From the NCBI GenBank assembly GCA_045862995.1, contig BTVX01000015.1:17259-81258 (forward strand): 64,000 nucleotides of DNA, read 5' to 3'. The first letter of the stretch is position 1. Each line of letters opens with the position of its first letter. The position numbers were made by a program, and so were the translations under genes. This DNA is from Chthonomonas sp. (GTDB lineage Bacteria; Armatimonadota; Fimbriimonadia; Fimbriimonadales; Fimbriimonadaceae). Of this stretch, positions 52,331-60,466 are shown one piece after another. The notes under the pieces were generated by a model. That model saw only the letters and a list, made by a program, of their open reading frames with translations, made no database searches and was not told where the DNA came from.

Positions 52331-52836
52331 GTCTGGCCGCCGACCTCCTAGAGCAAGCCGAGCACTTGTGCCGACGCGAGGCGAGAAGGCCAAGGCAGGC
52401 GAGTTTGCGTCGCGCGATCTCGGCAGCGTACTACAGCGTGTTTCATCTCCTCGTGGCGTCGGGTGCACAACATCTGGTTGGTCAGAAGAGCGCGACGAGC
52501 GAACTCCGTAGATCGTTGGCGCGGGCCTATCAACACACGGCGATGCGCGATGTCGCACGTCAGTTTGCCGCAGACGACCCGTCGCCCAAGGTCCGATTGG
52601 CGTTGAGCGCGACGTTGCCGCCCGATCTTCGCGTGGTGGCTCAAGCGTTCGTGGACCTCCAGGAGGCAAGGCATGCGGCGGATTACGATGTGGGGATCCG
52701 TGTCCGACGGACCGAAGTTCGGGAGATTATTGTGACCGCCAACAAGGCTCATCGGGCATGGAACCGAGTCAAGAAGCACCCGGACGCGCGCGTGTTCCTC
52801 GTCGCTCTGCTGGCGCAGAAGCACATCCAAGGCTAG
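52327..52836 (+). CDS. HEPN-like helical protein
   Basis: 169 aa. ..SLRRAISAAYYSVFHLLVA.. and ..FVDLQEARHAADYDVGIRVRRTEVREIIVTANKAH resemble the first helix and the R..adY block of PF05168-type HEPN domains. This assignment is from memory. Confidence 0.55.
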   Translation: MSLAADLLEQAEHLCRREARRPRQASLRRAISAAYYSVFHLLVASGAQHLVGQKSATSELRRSLARAYQHTAMRDVARQFAADDPSPKVRLALSATLPPDLRVVAQAFVDLQEARHAADYDVGIRVRRTEVREIIVTANKAHRAWNRVKKHPDARVFLVALLAQKHIQG

Positions 52837-53000
52837 CGCGCCTGCGGGCCCGGTTGATCTGTTCGGGTCGCATCGCTTCACGCCCGAGGGCCGTGCCCGA
52901 CACCGCGCTCTCGGATGCTTGGGGGAAGTGAACGTCAACCGTGAACCGTGAACGTTGCACGTCCCTAGCGAGGATCGCGCAGTCGTCACAGTAAAGCGAA

Positions 53001-53032
53001 ACGGGTCGTCAGCGCTTGCGCTGACGACCCGT
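53001..53032 (-). terminator. Hairpin downstream of the PEP-CTERM gene
   Basis: ACGGGTCGTCAGCGCTTGCGCTGACGACCCGT, a ~13-bp perfect stem. On the minus strand it is followed by TTCGCTTTACT. It lies 25 nt past the stop at 53057. Confidence 0.55.
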
Positions 53033-53056
53033 CCCAAGGATCAACCCGATGCAAAG

Positions 53057-53782
53057 TCAGGCCTTGCATCGGCGACGCGCGGCCAAGCCCAGGGCACCCA
53101 TGCCGAGTGCGATCATCGTCGCCGGCTCGGGCACCGGGGCCGCTTCCGCCTTGTAGTTGTCGAAGAAGCCGCCACCCGTGCCGGCTGCGACGCCCTGGAT
53201 GTCGGCGTCCCCGATCACGGTGCTGATGCCGGTGCGGATCGTGTTGTCCCCGCCAGCCTGCACGCCGTTCACCTTGCCGATCCAGGTCCCCGCCTGAAAG
53301 TCGAGAGCCATGTGGAACCGGTTCCAGGTGTCGTAGGCCACAGCGGCACCCGTGTTGACCACCGTCGAAGTCGTGCCACCGACGAAGTGGATGTAGTCTA
53401 CGGTGCCCGAGGCGTTCACGCGCATGGCGGCCACGCGCTGCACCGCATCGGTGTAGATGTCGATTCCGTAGGATCCCGGCGTGCCGGCGGAGGAGATGAA
53501 CATGTCCCACCGCACGATGAGAACCTTGTTGGAGGCCGTGCTGTGGTCCCAGTTCAACGTGGGCCAGAACCAGCCCGTGCCAGGAACTTGCAGGCTTTGG
53601 GTGCCATCGGCGACCGTGGTGTCCACAACGTTCGCGGTGCCGGAGTCGGACGACCAGCCGTTTTGACCTGCGATGCTGCCGAGAGCGTAACCCTCGCTAG
53701 CCTCGAAACCGGTTTCAAACAGCAGTTGGCTTTGGCCAATTGCGGATACAAGGGCCAAGGCCCCGATCAGGGATTTCTTCAT
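53057..53782 (-). CDS. PEP-CTERM sorting-domain secreted protein (LamG/lectin-like body)
   Basis: Signal MKKSLIGALALVSAIGQ. C-terminal VPEPATMIALGMGALGLAARRRCKA is the PEP motif plus TM plus basic tail. Confidence 0.85.
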   Translation of the reverse strand: MKKSLIGALALVSAIGQSQLLFETGFEASEGYALGSIAGQNGWSSDSGTANVVDTTVADGTQSLQVPGTGWFWPTLNWDHSTASNKVLIVRWDMFISSAGTPGSYGIDIYTDAVQRVAAMRVNASGTVDYIHFVGGTTSTVVNTGAAVAYDTWNRFHMALDFQAGTWIGKVNGVQAGGDNTIRTGISTVIGDADIQGVAAGTGGGFFDNYKAEAAPVPEPATMIALGMGALGLAARRRCKA

Positions 53783-53948
53783 TCCATTCTCCTACGCGTC
53801 TCGGTTAGCCAGTGGCTCGGCGATCATCTATCGTCGCCTACGAGATCACGAGTGAACAATAGCATGGTTCGAAGACGAAATCCACCCCCGCAACCAACTT
53901 TTTTCACTTTTTTTCCAGCCGCCGGCCGGATGGGTCGCGCCGGCAACG

Positions 53949-54614
53949 TCACTCGAGCCCTTTGCCGCCCCTCTTGCCCAGAACGGCCATCGTGCCCGCC
54001 GCCAACGCTTCGGCGATCTTCCTCCGCCCGAGGTCGCTCGCGATCACGGCCTCGTCCTTGGGGTTGGTCAACACGCACAACTCGACCAGCAACACGGGCA
54101 CTTCCGAGTAGATCGAGCCGGTCAGCGCACCTTGCTGCGAACCGATCAGCGTCTGCTTGTCGGTCTTCAGCCCGTAATCGGGGAGCGTGCCCTTGAGCCG
54201 TTCGATCACCACCGGGTGGAACGCCTTGGCCGCCGCCGCGCTGCGCGCGAGGACGAGTTCGCTGGGCCCCTTCTTGCCGTCCTTCGCCGTGCCCGCCTCC
54301 GAGGGATAGTAGGTCGCCAGTCCCGAGCCACTCGCCGCGTCGCAGTGAAGCCGAAGCAACAAGTCGGCCTTGGACGCGTTGGCGATCTCGGCGCGGCGGC
54401 GGTTCGCGACGAACTCGTCCTTCGTCGCCTTGGTGAGCACCACCTGAACCCCCTTTGCTTCCAACAAAGGCATGAGCTCCAGCGCGACGAGCCAAACGGC
54501 GTCGAGTTCCGTGATCAACTTGCCCTTGGTGCCGAGGCCCACTTCCGAAGGGTGGCCCGGGTCAATGCAGACCGTCGGAGTGGAGAGTGCGATCGCGGCG
54601 AGTAAGGGCCACAT
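53949..54614 (-). CDS. N-acetylmuramoyl-L-alanine amidase (Amidase_3)
   Basis: ..VCIDPGHPSE.G..G.., ..LLLRLHCDA.. and ..VLLVELCVLTNPKD match the Amidase_3 blocks. Confidence 0.8.
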   Translation of the reverse strand: MWPLLAAIALSTPTVCIDPGHPSEVGLGTKGKLITELDAVWLVALELMPLLEAKGVQVVLTKATKDEFVANRRRAEIANASKADLLLRLHCDAASGSGLATYYPSEAGTAKDGKKGPSELVLARSAAAAKAFHPVVIERLKGTLPDYGLKTDKQTLIGSQQGALTGSIYSEVPVLLVELCVLTNPKDEAVIASDLGRRKIAEALAAGTMAVLGKRGGKGLE

Positions 54615-54654
54615 GACAGGACTTTACCCATCCCCTCCCGAATCGAAGGTCCGG

Positions 54655-55323
54655 TCAGACCGTGGGATCGTCGCTGTAGAACGAGCAACCGCTGGTCGGC
54701 TCCTGGGGCGCGTAAGCCGCGTCGAAGGGCGTTTCCTCGGTCCCGGTCATCTTCGCCAGCGTGGCGTTCAACTCGCTCAGCATCGTCTGCGAGTAGCCCG
54801 GCCACATGCGCACGATGTTGCCATCCGGCCCGATGACGAGCAGGTACACCGAGCGGTCGGCCTTGTATTCCTTGACGACCTTGATCTCGGGGTCGAGAAG
54901 CACGGGATAGGGCGTCTCCATTTTGGCCAGCCAAGCCTTGGCGATCTCGGCGTCGCCGTTGATGACTCCGGCGAAGCGAACCTTGTCGCCGAACTTGGCG
55001 GCCATGCGCTGGTAGAGCGGCTCGACGTCCACGCTGCACGGGCAGCCGTCCTTGATGAAGTAGAGCGCCAGGGGTTTGCCGCCGGTTAGCGTCGCCAGCG
55101 AGTGGGTCGCGCCGTTGGCGTCCTTCGCTTCGAACACGGGCGCGGGTTGACCGGCGGCCTTCTCGGCGTCCTGCCACATCTCATTCGTCACGGGGTGCCT
55201 GGGCTTTGCAGCCTCCACCGGGTTCGCGGCTCGCGGCTCGGGCGGCGGCGCCTCGGCGCAACCCACCAAGCCAACGCAAACCACGCCGAGAGCGGCGGCG
55301 AAGCCGACAAGAGTCCGGTTCAT
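54655..55323 (-). CDS. Thioredoxin-fold (redoxin/TlpA-like) lipoprotein
   Basis: Internal ATG of ORF 54655..55764 with lipobox MNRTLVGFAAALGVVCVGLVGC. ..KPLALYFIKDGCPCS.. is the redox motif region. Confidence 0.7.
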   Translation of the reverse strand: MNRTLVGFAAALGVVCVGLVGCAEAPPPEPRAANPVEAAKPRHPVTNEMWQDAEKAAGQPAPVFEAKDANGATHSLATLTGGKPLALYFIKDGCPCSVDVEPLYQRMAAKFGDKVRFAGVINGDAEIAKAWLAKMETPYPVLLDPEIKVVKEYKADRSVYLLVIGPDGNIVRMWPGYSQTMLSELNATLAKMTGTEETPFDAAYAPQEPTSGCSFYSDDPTV

Positions 55324-55401
55324 CGGGTTGGAAGTGTACCGATTGCTTCCTCGGGGTCCCGTGACCCAAGGGGTCGGTTCGTCTCCGCTACAATTGGGGT
55401 C

Positions 55402-56130
55402 ATGCGCCGATTCGTGTTGGTGTTCGGCGTCGCGTTCGCGCTCGGTTGCGGCGTTTGGGCCCAGTCTGTGGGCACGCGTTGGGAGCGTCTGAACTCGACG
55501 GAAGGCAAGTTCTGGTCTGCGAAGGCCTCGTTTGCCCAGTTCGCGCCCACTCAGGGGGTGGTCGGGAAGGCCAATTCTGAACTCGAGTTTGTGGTCAGCC
55601 GCGAATTCGAGGCCTTTGTCGGGCGCGCCTTCTTGGCCCGCAAGGCCGATCCGTCGTTTTTCACCACGCCTTGGACCCTTGACGTCAAGACCACGGTCTC
55701 CATTGCCAACCAGCAGTTGATCAGCGCCTACATCGAAACCAGCCTCTTCGAAGGGGGCGCGCATCCGAACCTGACCTACACGTGCATCAATGTCGGCATG
55801 AAGAACGGTCTGCCTGCTCGCCTACGCCTGGCCGACGTCCTCCGATCGGGACCAGACTCCCGCAAAGCGCTCGGCGCCTTGCTCATGTCCAAGCTGCGCG
55901 AACGCAAAGCATCGCAGGTGGTGGACGGCGACATCGAATCGCTTCCCGACGAGTTGCTGGAGAACTTCATCGTCACGCCGTCGGCCATGACGTTCCTCTT
56001 CGCGCCCTATGCCGTGGGGAGCTACGCCGAAGGCTCGTTCTTGGTCAAGCTTGCGTTCGAGGAACTGGGGGCGATTCTCGACCCCGACGGCCCCCTGAAA
56101 CCGGTCTTGGCGAAGCCCGCCGGCGGCTAG
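55402..56130 (+). CDS. DUF4163/DUF3298 (RsiV-like) domain protein, secreted
   Basis: Internal ATG of ORF 55102..56130, MRRFVLVFGVAFALGCGVWA. ..SLFEGGAHPN.. and ..FLFAPYAVGSYAEG.. are the DUF3298 signature. Confidence 0.75.
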   Translation: MRRFVLVFGVAFALGCGVWAQSVGTRWERLNSTEGKFWSAKASFAQFAPTQGVVGKANSELEFVVSREFEAFVGRAFLARKADPSFFTTPWTLDVKTTVSIANQQLISAYIETSLFEGGAHPNLTYTCINVGMKNGLPARLRLADVLRSGPDSRKALGALLMSKLRERKASQVVDGDIESLPDELLENFIVTPSAMTFLFAPYAVGSYAEGSFLVKLAFEELGAILDPDGPLKPVLAKPAGG

Positions 56131-57350
56131 GCCAGCATGCGTTCGTAGAGTTCGAGCAGACGGCCGACGTGGCGCTCGGGCGTCGGCGGGTCGGACCAGT
56201 AGCGATCGTACGCCAGCCGGCTGCGGGCCGAGACCGTGGCATCGTCGGCGTACTCGGCCAACGTTGTCGCCAACGCCTCGGCATCGCCGGAAGGGAACAC
56301 CGACCCTGTGACGCCCGATTCGACGTACTCGCGCGCCGCGCATGTGTCGGCCACCACGACGGGTAGCCCCTGCCCCAGCGCCTCGAACACGACGAGCGGC
56401 GAGTTCTCGTACCATCGCGACGGCAGGACCAGCGCCCGCGCCGCCGCCAGCCTTTCTTTGACCTCGGTGGGGGCCAGCCAGCCCGTGACTTCGCATTCCG
56501 GGTACTCGCGGCGCAAGCGATCGGCCAGCGGCCCGTCGCCGATGAACAACGCCGGGGCCTTTGCCCGGCGGGCGGCCTCGGCGAACAGCAAGGGGTCTTT
56601 CTCTTCGACCAATCGGCCGACGTAGGCGAGCGTCGTGCCACGCTCCGCTGGAACGCGAGGCTCTTTGACCACCTCGATGGGGTTGGGGATGCGCGTCACG
56701 TGCGCCCCGGTGGCGAACGTGGGTTGAAGCACGCGCTCGCTAAGGTCCGAAATCGTGACGATCCACCTCAGCCGCCGCGGCAGTCGAGCCACTCGCGCCA
56801 AGTACGTCCCTCGAGCGATCAGGCGCGCCTTGCTGACGTAAGTCTTCTGGGTGCAGTTGCGCGTGAGGCACCGAAACCCCAGGCCGGGCACCTCGCAGAT
56901 GGCCCTGCGCCGGAAGTCGTATTGCACCTGCGAGGGGCAACTCAACCCATAGTCGTGGCACGTCATCGCTGTGGGGAAACCCAGATCGAGCGCCGTGCCC
57001 ACCGCCGCCGACGAGAGCACGGCCAGGAAACTGTGCGCGTGCACGACCGTCGAGCGCGGGTCCATCGAGTCCAGCACTTCGCGCACAACGGCCTCGGCGG
57101 GCTTGCTGCGCACGGTGTTGGCCAGGGCCTTCTCCTTGGGCATCCACTCGAAGGGGTTCCGCTCGAACACGGTGCGGACCGTCACGCCCGAATCGGCGAA
57201 GGTTTCCGCGGCAGGGCCGCAGCCCGCGAGATACGTCACGTTCACGCCGCGACGGGCCAGCCCGAGGGCCGAAGCGATGGCCACCTTTTCGGCACCGCCG
57301 ACGATGTCGCCATAGTCGCACAGGATGACGGCATTGCGGAGGGCAGCCAT
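56127..57350 (-). CDS. Family 4 (GT-B) glycosyltransferase
   Basis: 407 aa. N-terminal ..GGAEKVAI.., C-terminal ..LVLPSRWYENSPLVVFEALGQGLPVV (EX7E region). Confidence 0.85.
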   Translation of the reverse strand: MAALRNAVILCDYGDIVGGAEKVAIASALGLARRGVNVTYLAGCGPAAETFADSGVTVRTVFERNPFEWMPKEKALANTVRSKPAEAVVREVLDSMDPRSTVVHAHSFLAVLSSAAVGTALDLGFPTAMTCHDYGLSCPSQVQYDFRRRAICEVPGLGFRCLTRNCTQKTYVSKARLIARGTYLARVARLPRRLRWIVTISDLSERVLQPTFATGAHVTRIPNPIEVVKEPRVPAERGTTLAYVGRLVEEKDPLLFAEAARRAKAPALFIGDGPLADRLRREYPECEVTGWLAPTEVKERLAAARALVLPSRWYENSPLVVFEALGQGLPVVVADTCAAREYVESGVTGSVFPSGDAEALATTLAEYADDATVSARSRLAYDRYWSDPPTPERHVGRLLELYERMLA

Positions 57351-57357
57351 GGGCGCG

Positions 57358-57696
57358 CTACTCGGCTCGCTTGTTCGGCCGTTGGGACACGTGCTCGCGG
57401 GAGGCCATGTAGAGCTTCACGCCCCGGGTGGCGATCGTCGCGCCGATGCCCGCCATCAGAACCAGCGCCATGACCTTGACCAAAACGCCCAGGAAGTTCC
57501 GCCCGGCCACGTTGAGGTCCACGGCCTCGCCATCCTTGAGGCCGAGCGTTTGAGCGGGGGTTTGAGTCAGCACGCCGTAGGCCCACTGGAACGTCATCCA
57601 CAACAGCGCGACACCCAGAACGAAGGTCGCGACGCCAAGAATCGAACCCATCCACTCGGGGCGGTTCCCATTCTGCTGGTTCGGGGCGTCTGCCAT
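57358..57696 (-). CDS. Hypothetical 2-TM membrane protein
   Basis: ORF 57358..57786, trimmed to MADAPNQQNGNRPEWMGSILGVATFVLGVALLW... Confidence 0.5.
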   Translation of the reverse strand: MADAPNQQNGNRPEWMGSILGVATFVLGVALLWMTFQWAYGVLTQTPAQTLGLKDGEAVDLNVAGRNFLGVLVKVMALVLMAGIGATIATRGVKLYMASREHVSQRPNKRAE

Positions 57697-57764
57697 AGGA
57701 TGGAACTCGACCACAGGATACCGCGCAGACCGGGGCCGGTCCGGTATCTTGAGGTGGCGCTCCC

Positions 57765-58811
57765 ATGTTGGAAGGTTTTCGCGCACCGCTGTTGGCGATG
57801 GCTCTGGCTGGCGTGGTCAGTTGGTTTCTGACCCCGCTGGTGCGCCGCTTCGCCATCGTGAAGGGCGCGGTGGACGACCCGACCCGCGACGACCGTCGCG
57901 TGCACCAAGAGCCCACACCGCGTTGGGGAGGTTTGGCCATCTATGGCGGCATTCTGGTCAGCCTGCTGGCGCTCATGCCGTTCGCCTACGAGCACAACCC
58001 GTTCCCCATCTACCTGATCGGGCTGCTCGCCGTGGGCGCGTGCATCGTGGTTCTTGGGGCGTACGACGACCTGTACCAGTTCAGCGCCGTCAAGCAGGCG
58101 GCCCTCATCCTGATCCTGGCCGTCGCCATCCAGTTCATCTACGGCACTTCGGGACGGGTGCAGATCGAGGGCATCGGATGGGCGGGCAAGTGGCTCGACT
58201 TCGGCATCTGGGCCGTGCCGATCACCGCGATCTACATCTTCGTGGTGACCAAAACCATGGACACCATAGACGGCATTGACGGGCTGACCGCGGGCATCGC
58301 CGCCATCGCGGGAGCGACGCTCTCGGTCATGGCGACCCAGGAGGTGCTCCAGCAACTGGAGATGAACCGGATGAGCGCGACGCCCGTGAAGCCCTCGCTG
58401 CTGATCGGCGAGCAGCCTCGCGTGGCCCTTATCGCCGCCGCCATCACAGGTTCTGCGATTGGGTTTTTGCGGCACAACTTCAACCCGGCCAAGATCTTCA
58501 TGGGCACGGGCGGCGCGCAACTGCTCGGCTTTCTTTTGGCCAGCATCAGCATCGTCGGCGCGATGAAGACGGCGGCGGCGGTGGCGATCTTCGTACCCAT
58601 GTTCGCGTTCGGCGTGCAGATCTTCGACGCGTTCTTCGTGGTTGCCAAGCGCATCCGCGCGGGCAAACCGATCACCCAGGCCGACAAACGCCACCTGCAT
58701 CACACGCTGCTCCGCAAGGGCTTGACGCAACGCCAGACCGTCGCGGTGCTTTATCTGGCGGCGCTGGTGCTCTGCGGCTTGCTGATCTGGGTGGTTCGCG
58801 CCTTTGGATGA
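57765..58811 (+). CDS. Polyprenyl-phosphate N-acetylhexosamine-1-phosphate transferase (MraY/WecA family)
   Basis: ..HQEPTPRWGG.., ..GAYDDLYQFSA.., ..TKTMDTIDGIDGL.., ..FMGTGGAQLLGF... Confidence 0.85.
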   Translation: MLEGFRAPLLAMALAGVVSWFLTPLVRRFAIVKGAVDDPTRDDRRVHQEPTPRWGGLAIYGGILVSLLALMPFAYEHNPFPIYLIGLLAVGACIVVLGAYDDLYQFSAVKQAALILILAVAIQFIYGTSGRVQIEGIGWAGKWLDFGIWAVPITAIYIFVVTKTMDTIDGIDGLTAGIAAIAGATLSVMATQEVLQQLEMNRMSATPVKPSLLIGEQPRVALIAAAITGSAIGFLRHNFNPAKIFMGTGGAQLLGFLLASISIVGAMKTAAAVAIFVPMFAFGVQIFDAFFVVAKRIRAGKPITQADKRHLHHTLLRKGLTQRQTVAVLYLAALVLCGLLIWVVRAFG

Positions 58812-58859
58812 GGCATTCTCCTTGCAGATTGTCCACACTGTGGATAAAATACAAGGATA

Positions 58860-60017
58860 ATGATTTCGCGATGGGTTCACAAAGAGGTTGTCGAGGCACT
58901 CGACAGCCAGCCGGCCGTTGCGTTGGTGGGTCCACGGCAGGTCGGCAAGACCACGCTCGCCGTCGAAATCGCAGGGCAGCGAGGTGGCTTGTACCTTGAC
59001 CTGGAGAATCCCATTGACTTGGCCAAACTCAGCGAGCCGGTCGGTTTCCTGGGCGCCCACCAGGATCGGCTGATCGTGCTGGACGAGATTCACCGGGCAC
59101 CCGATTTGTTTCCCGTGCTGCGCGGCATCATTGATGCTGGCCGTAGAGAGGGCAAGGGCACGGGGCGGTTCTTGGTGCTGGGCTCTGCCGCGCTTGATCT
59201 CATGCGACAGAGCGAGACCCTCGCGGGCCGAATCCGCTATGTGCCGATGGGCCCGCTGACCTTGCCCGAGACGGGCCCGCCAGACCGACTCTGGCTAAGG
59301 GGCGGATTCCCGAACAGCATGCTCGCCCCCGATGATCGCGAAAGCCTTCGTTGGAGGCAGGACTTCATCCAGACCTATCTCGAGCGAGACATCCCCCTGT
59401 TCGGCCCGCGCATCCCAGCGGAGACGCTTCGACGCTTCTGGACGATGCTGGCTCACAGGCAGGGCTCGCTGCTCAATGCCTCAGACCTGGCTCGGGCCTT
59501 GGAGGTCTCTGCCCAGACGGTGACACGCTATCTGGACTTGCTCTGCGACCTCCTGTTGGTCCGTCGGGTTCCACCCTTCGTCGGCAACGTTGGAAAGCGC
59601 CTGGTGAAGTCGCCGCGAGTCTATGTCCGCGATTCGGGCTTGGTGCATGCTCTGCTGGGCCTGGAGTCGTTGGACGACGTGCTCTCTCATCCCGTGGTGG
59701 GTGCCAGTTGGGAGGGGTTCGTGCTCGAGAACCTGCTGACTTTCCTCCCATGGCGGACCGAGCCATCGCACTACCGATCCTCGGGTGGCGCTGAAATCGA
59801 CCTGGTCTTGTCATTCGCTTCCGGTGCGTTGTGGGCGATCGAGGTCAAGAGAAGCCCGGCCGCAAAGCCCCAAAGGGGATTCCACGAGGCGTGCGAGGCC
59901 ATTGGCGTTCAGCGGCGGATTCTGGTCCGGAGCGGCGAAGGCAGGTTTCCTTTGGGGAACGGCGTGGAGAGTGTCGGGCTTGCCGACCTTTGCGACGAAC
60001 TGAGACGCCATGCCTGA
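58860..60017 (+). CDS. AAA-family ATPase with DUF4143 domain (paralog of 19563..20726)
   Basis: Walker A LVGPRQVGKTTL, Walker B LIVLDEIH, ..FWTMLAHRQGSLLNASDLARALEVSAQTVTRYLDLL.., ..KRLVKSPRVYVRDSGL... Confidence 0.85.
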   Translation: MISRWVHKEVVEALDSQPAVALVGPRQVGKTTLAVEIAGQRGGLYLDLENPIDLAKLSEPVGFLGAHQDRLIVLDEIHRAPDLFPVLRGIIDAGRREGKGTGRFLVLGSAALDLMRQSETLAGRIRYVPMGPLTLPETGPPDRLWLRGGFPNSMLAPDDRESLRWRQDFIQTYLERDIPLFGPRIPAETLRRFWTMLAHRQGSLLNASDLARALEVSAQTVTRYLDLLCDLLLVRRVPPFVGNVGKRLVKSPRVYVRDSGLVHALLGLESLDDVLSHPVVGASWEGFVLENLLTFLPWRTEPSHYRSSGGAEIDLVLSFASGALWAIEVKRSPAAKPQRGFHEACEAIGVQRRILVRSGEGRFPLGNGVESVGLADLCDELRRHA

Positions 60018-60022
60018 CTGAG

Positions 60023-60385
60023 TCAGGGATTCAGCGAGCGGGCGAGTTTCGACCAGAGCGGCGATCCCGATGGCTTCTCATCCGATGGACTGGGCGACGT
60101 CGTCAGCTCCTCGAACATCTTCTGCTCCTGGCCGGCGGATGCGGCGACCGTCTCGGTCAGCGTCTGAATCTGCGCCTGTTGCGCCACCACCACGGAGTGG
60201 AGAGTGCCGATCTCCGAACGGAGTTCGTCAATCCGCGAGACCAAGACGCGTTGCTCCAGGTCTTTGCGCCGGTCCTTGGAATCGTTGCTTTGGACGACGA
60301 TCAACCCCTCCCTCATCCAGCGGCGCAACACGCGAACGGGGACACCCATTGCATCCGCTCGATCTAGCGAAGGGTCCGAGGCCAT
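60023..60385 (-). CDS. Small HTH (MerR/excisionase-like) protein with a coiled-coil tail
   Basis: C-terminal 120 aa of ORF 60023..62158 (the rest is antisense to real genes). MASDPSLDRADAMGVPVRVLRRWMREGLIVV.., then heptad-like ..RIDELRSEIGTLHSVVVAQQAQIQTLTETV. Confidence 0.45.
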   Translation of the reverse strand: MASDPSLDRADAMGVPVRVLRRWMREGLIVVQSNDSKDRRKDLEQRVLVSRIDELRSEIGTLHSVVVAQQAQIQTLTETVAASAGQEQKMFEELTTSPSPSDEKPSGSPLWSKLARSLNP

Positions 60386-60466
60386 GTCACCCGTTCTATC
60401 GGCGGCCACCGACCCTGGGACCACGGCAAATGTGCCGGGATTCCAAGGTCTGGTAAAAGGGGACAA

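Noticed and set aside
52928-52956. Direct repeats GTGAAC(C/G) x3 within AACGTCAACCGTGAACCGTGAACGTT
   Set aside because: They lie between two convergent 3' ends, so a promoter or operator role is unlikely. They are short enough to be chance. The real structure nearby is the 13-bp hairpin at 53001-53032.
53870-53935. T-tracts (ttttttcacttttttt) next to a GCCGGC...GCCGGC hairpin, considered as a terminator after the amidase gene
   Set aside because: On the plus strand the T-run precedes the hairpin, and on the minus strand an A-run follows it, so neither orientation fits an intrinsic terminator. On the minus strand it more likely serves as an A-tract/UP-like element upstream of the PEP-CTERM gene promoter, which is unproven.
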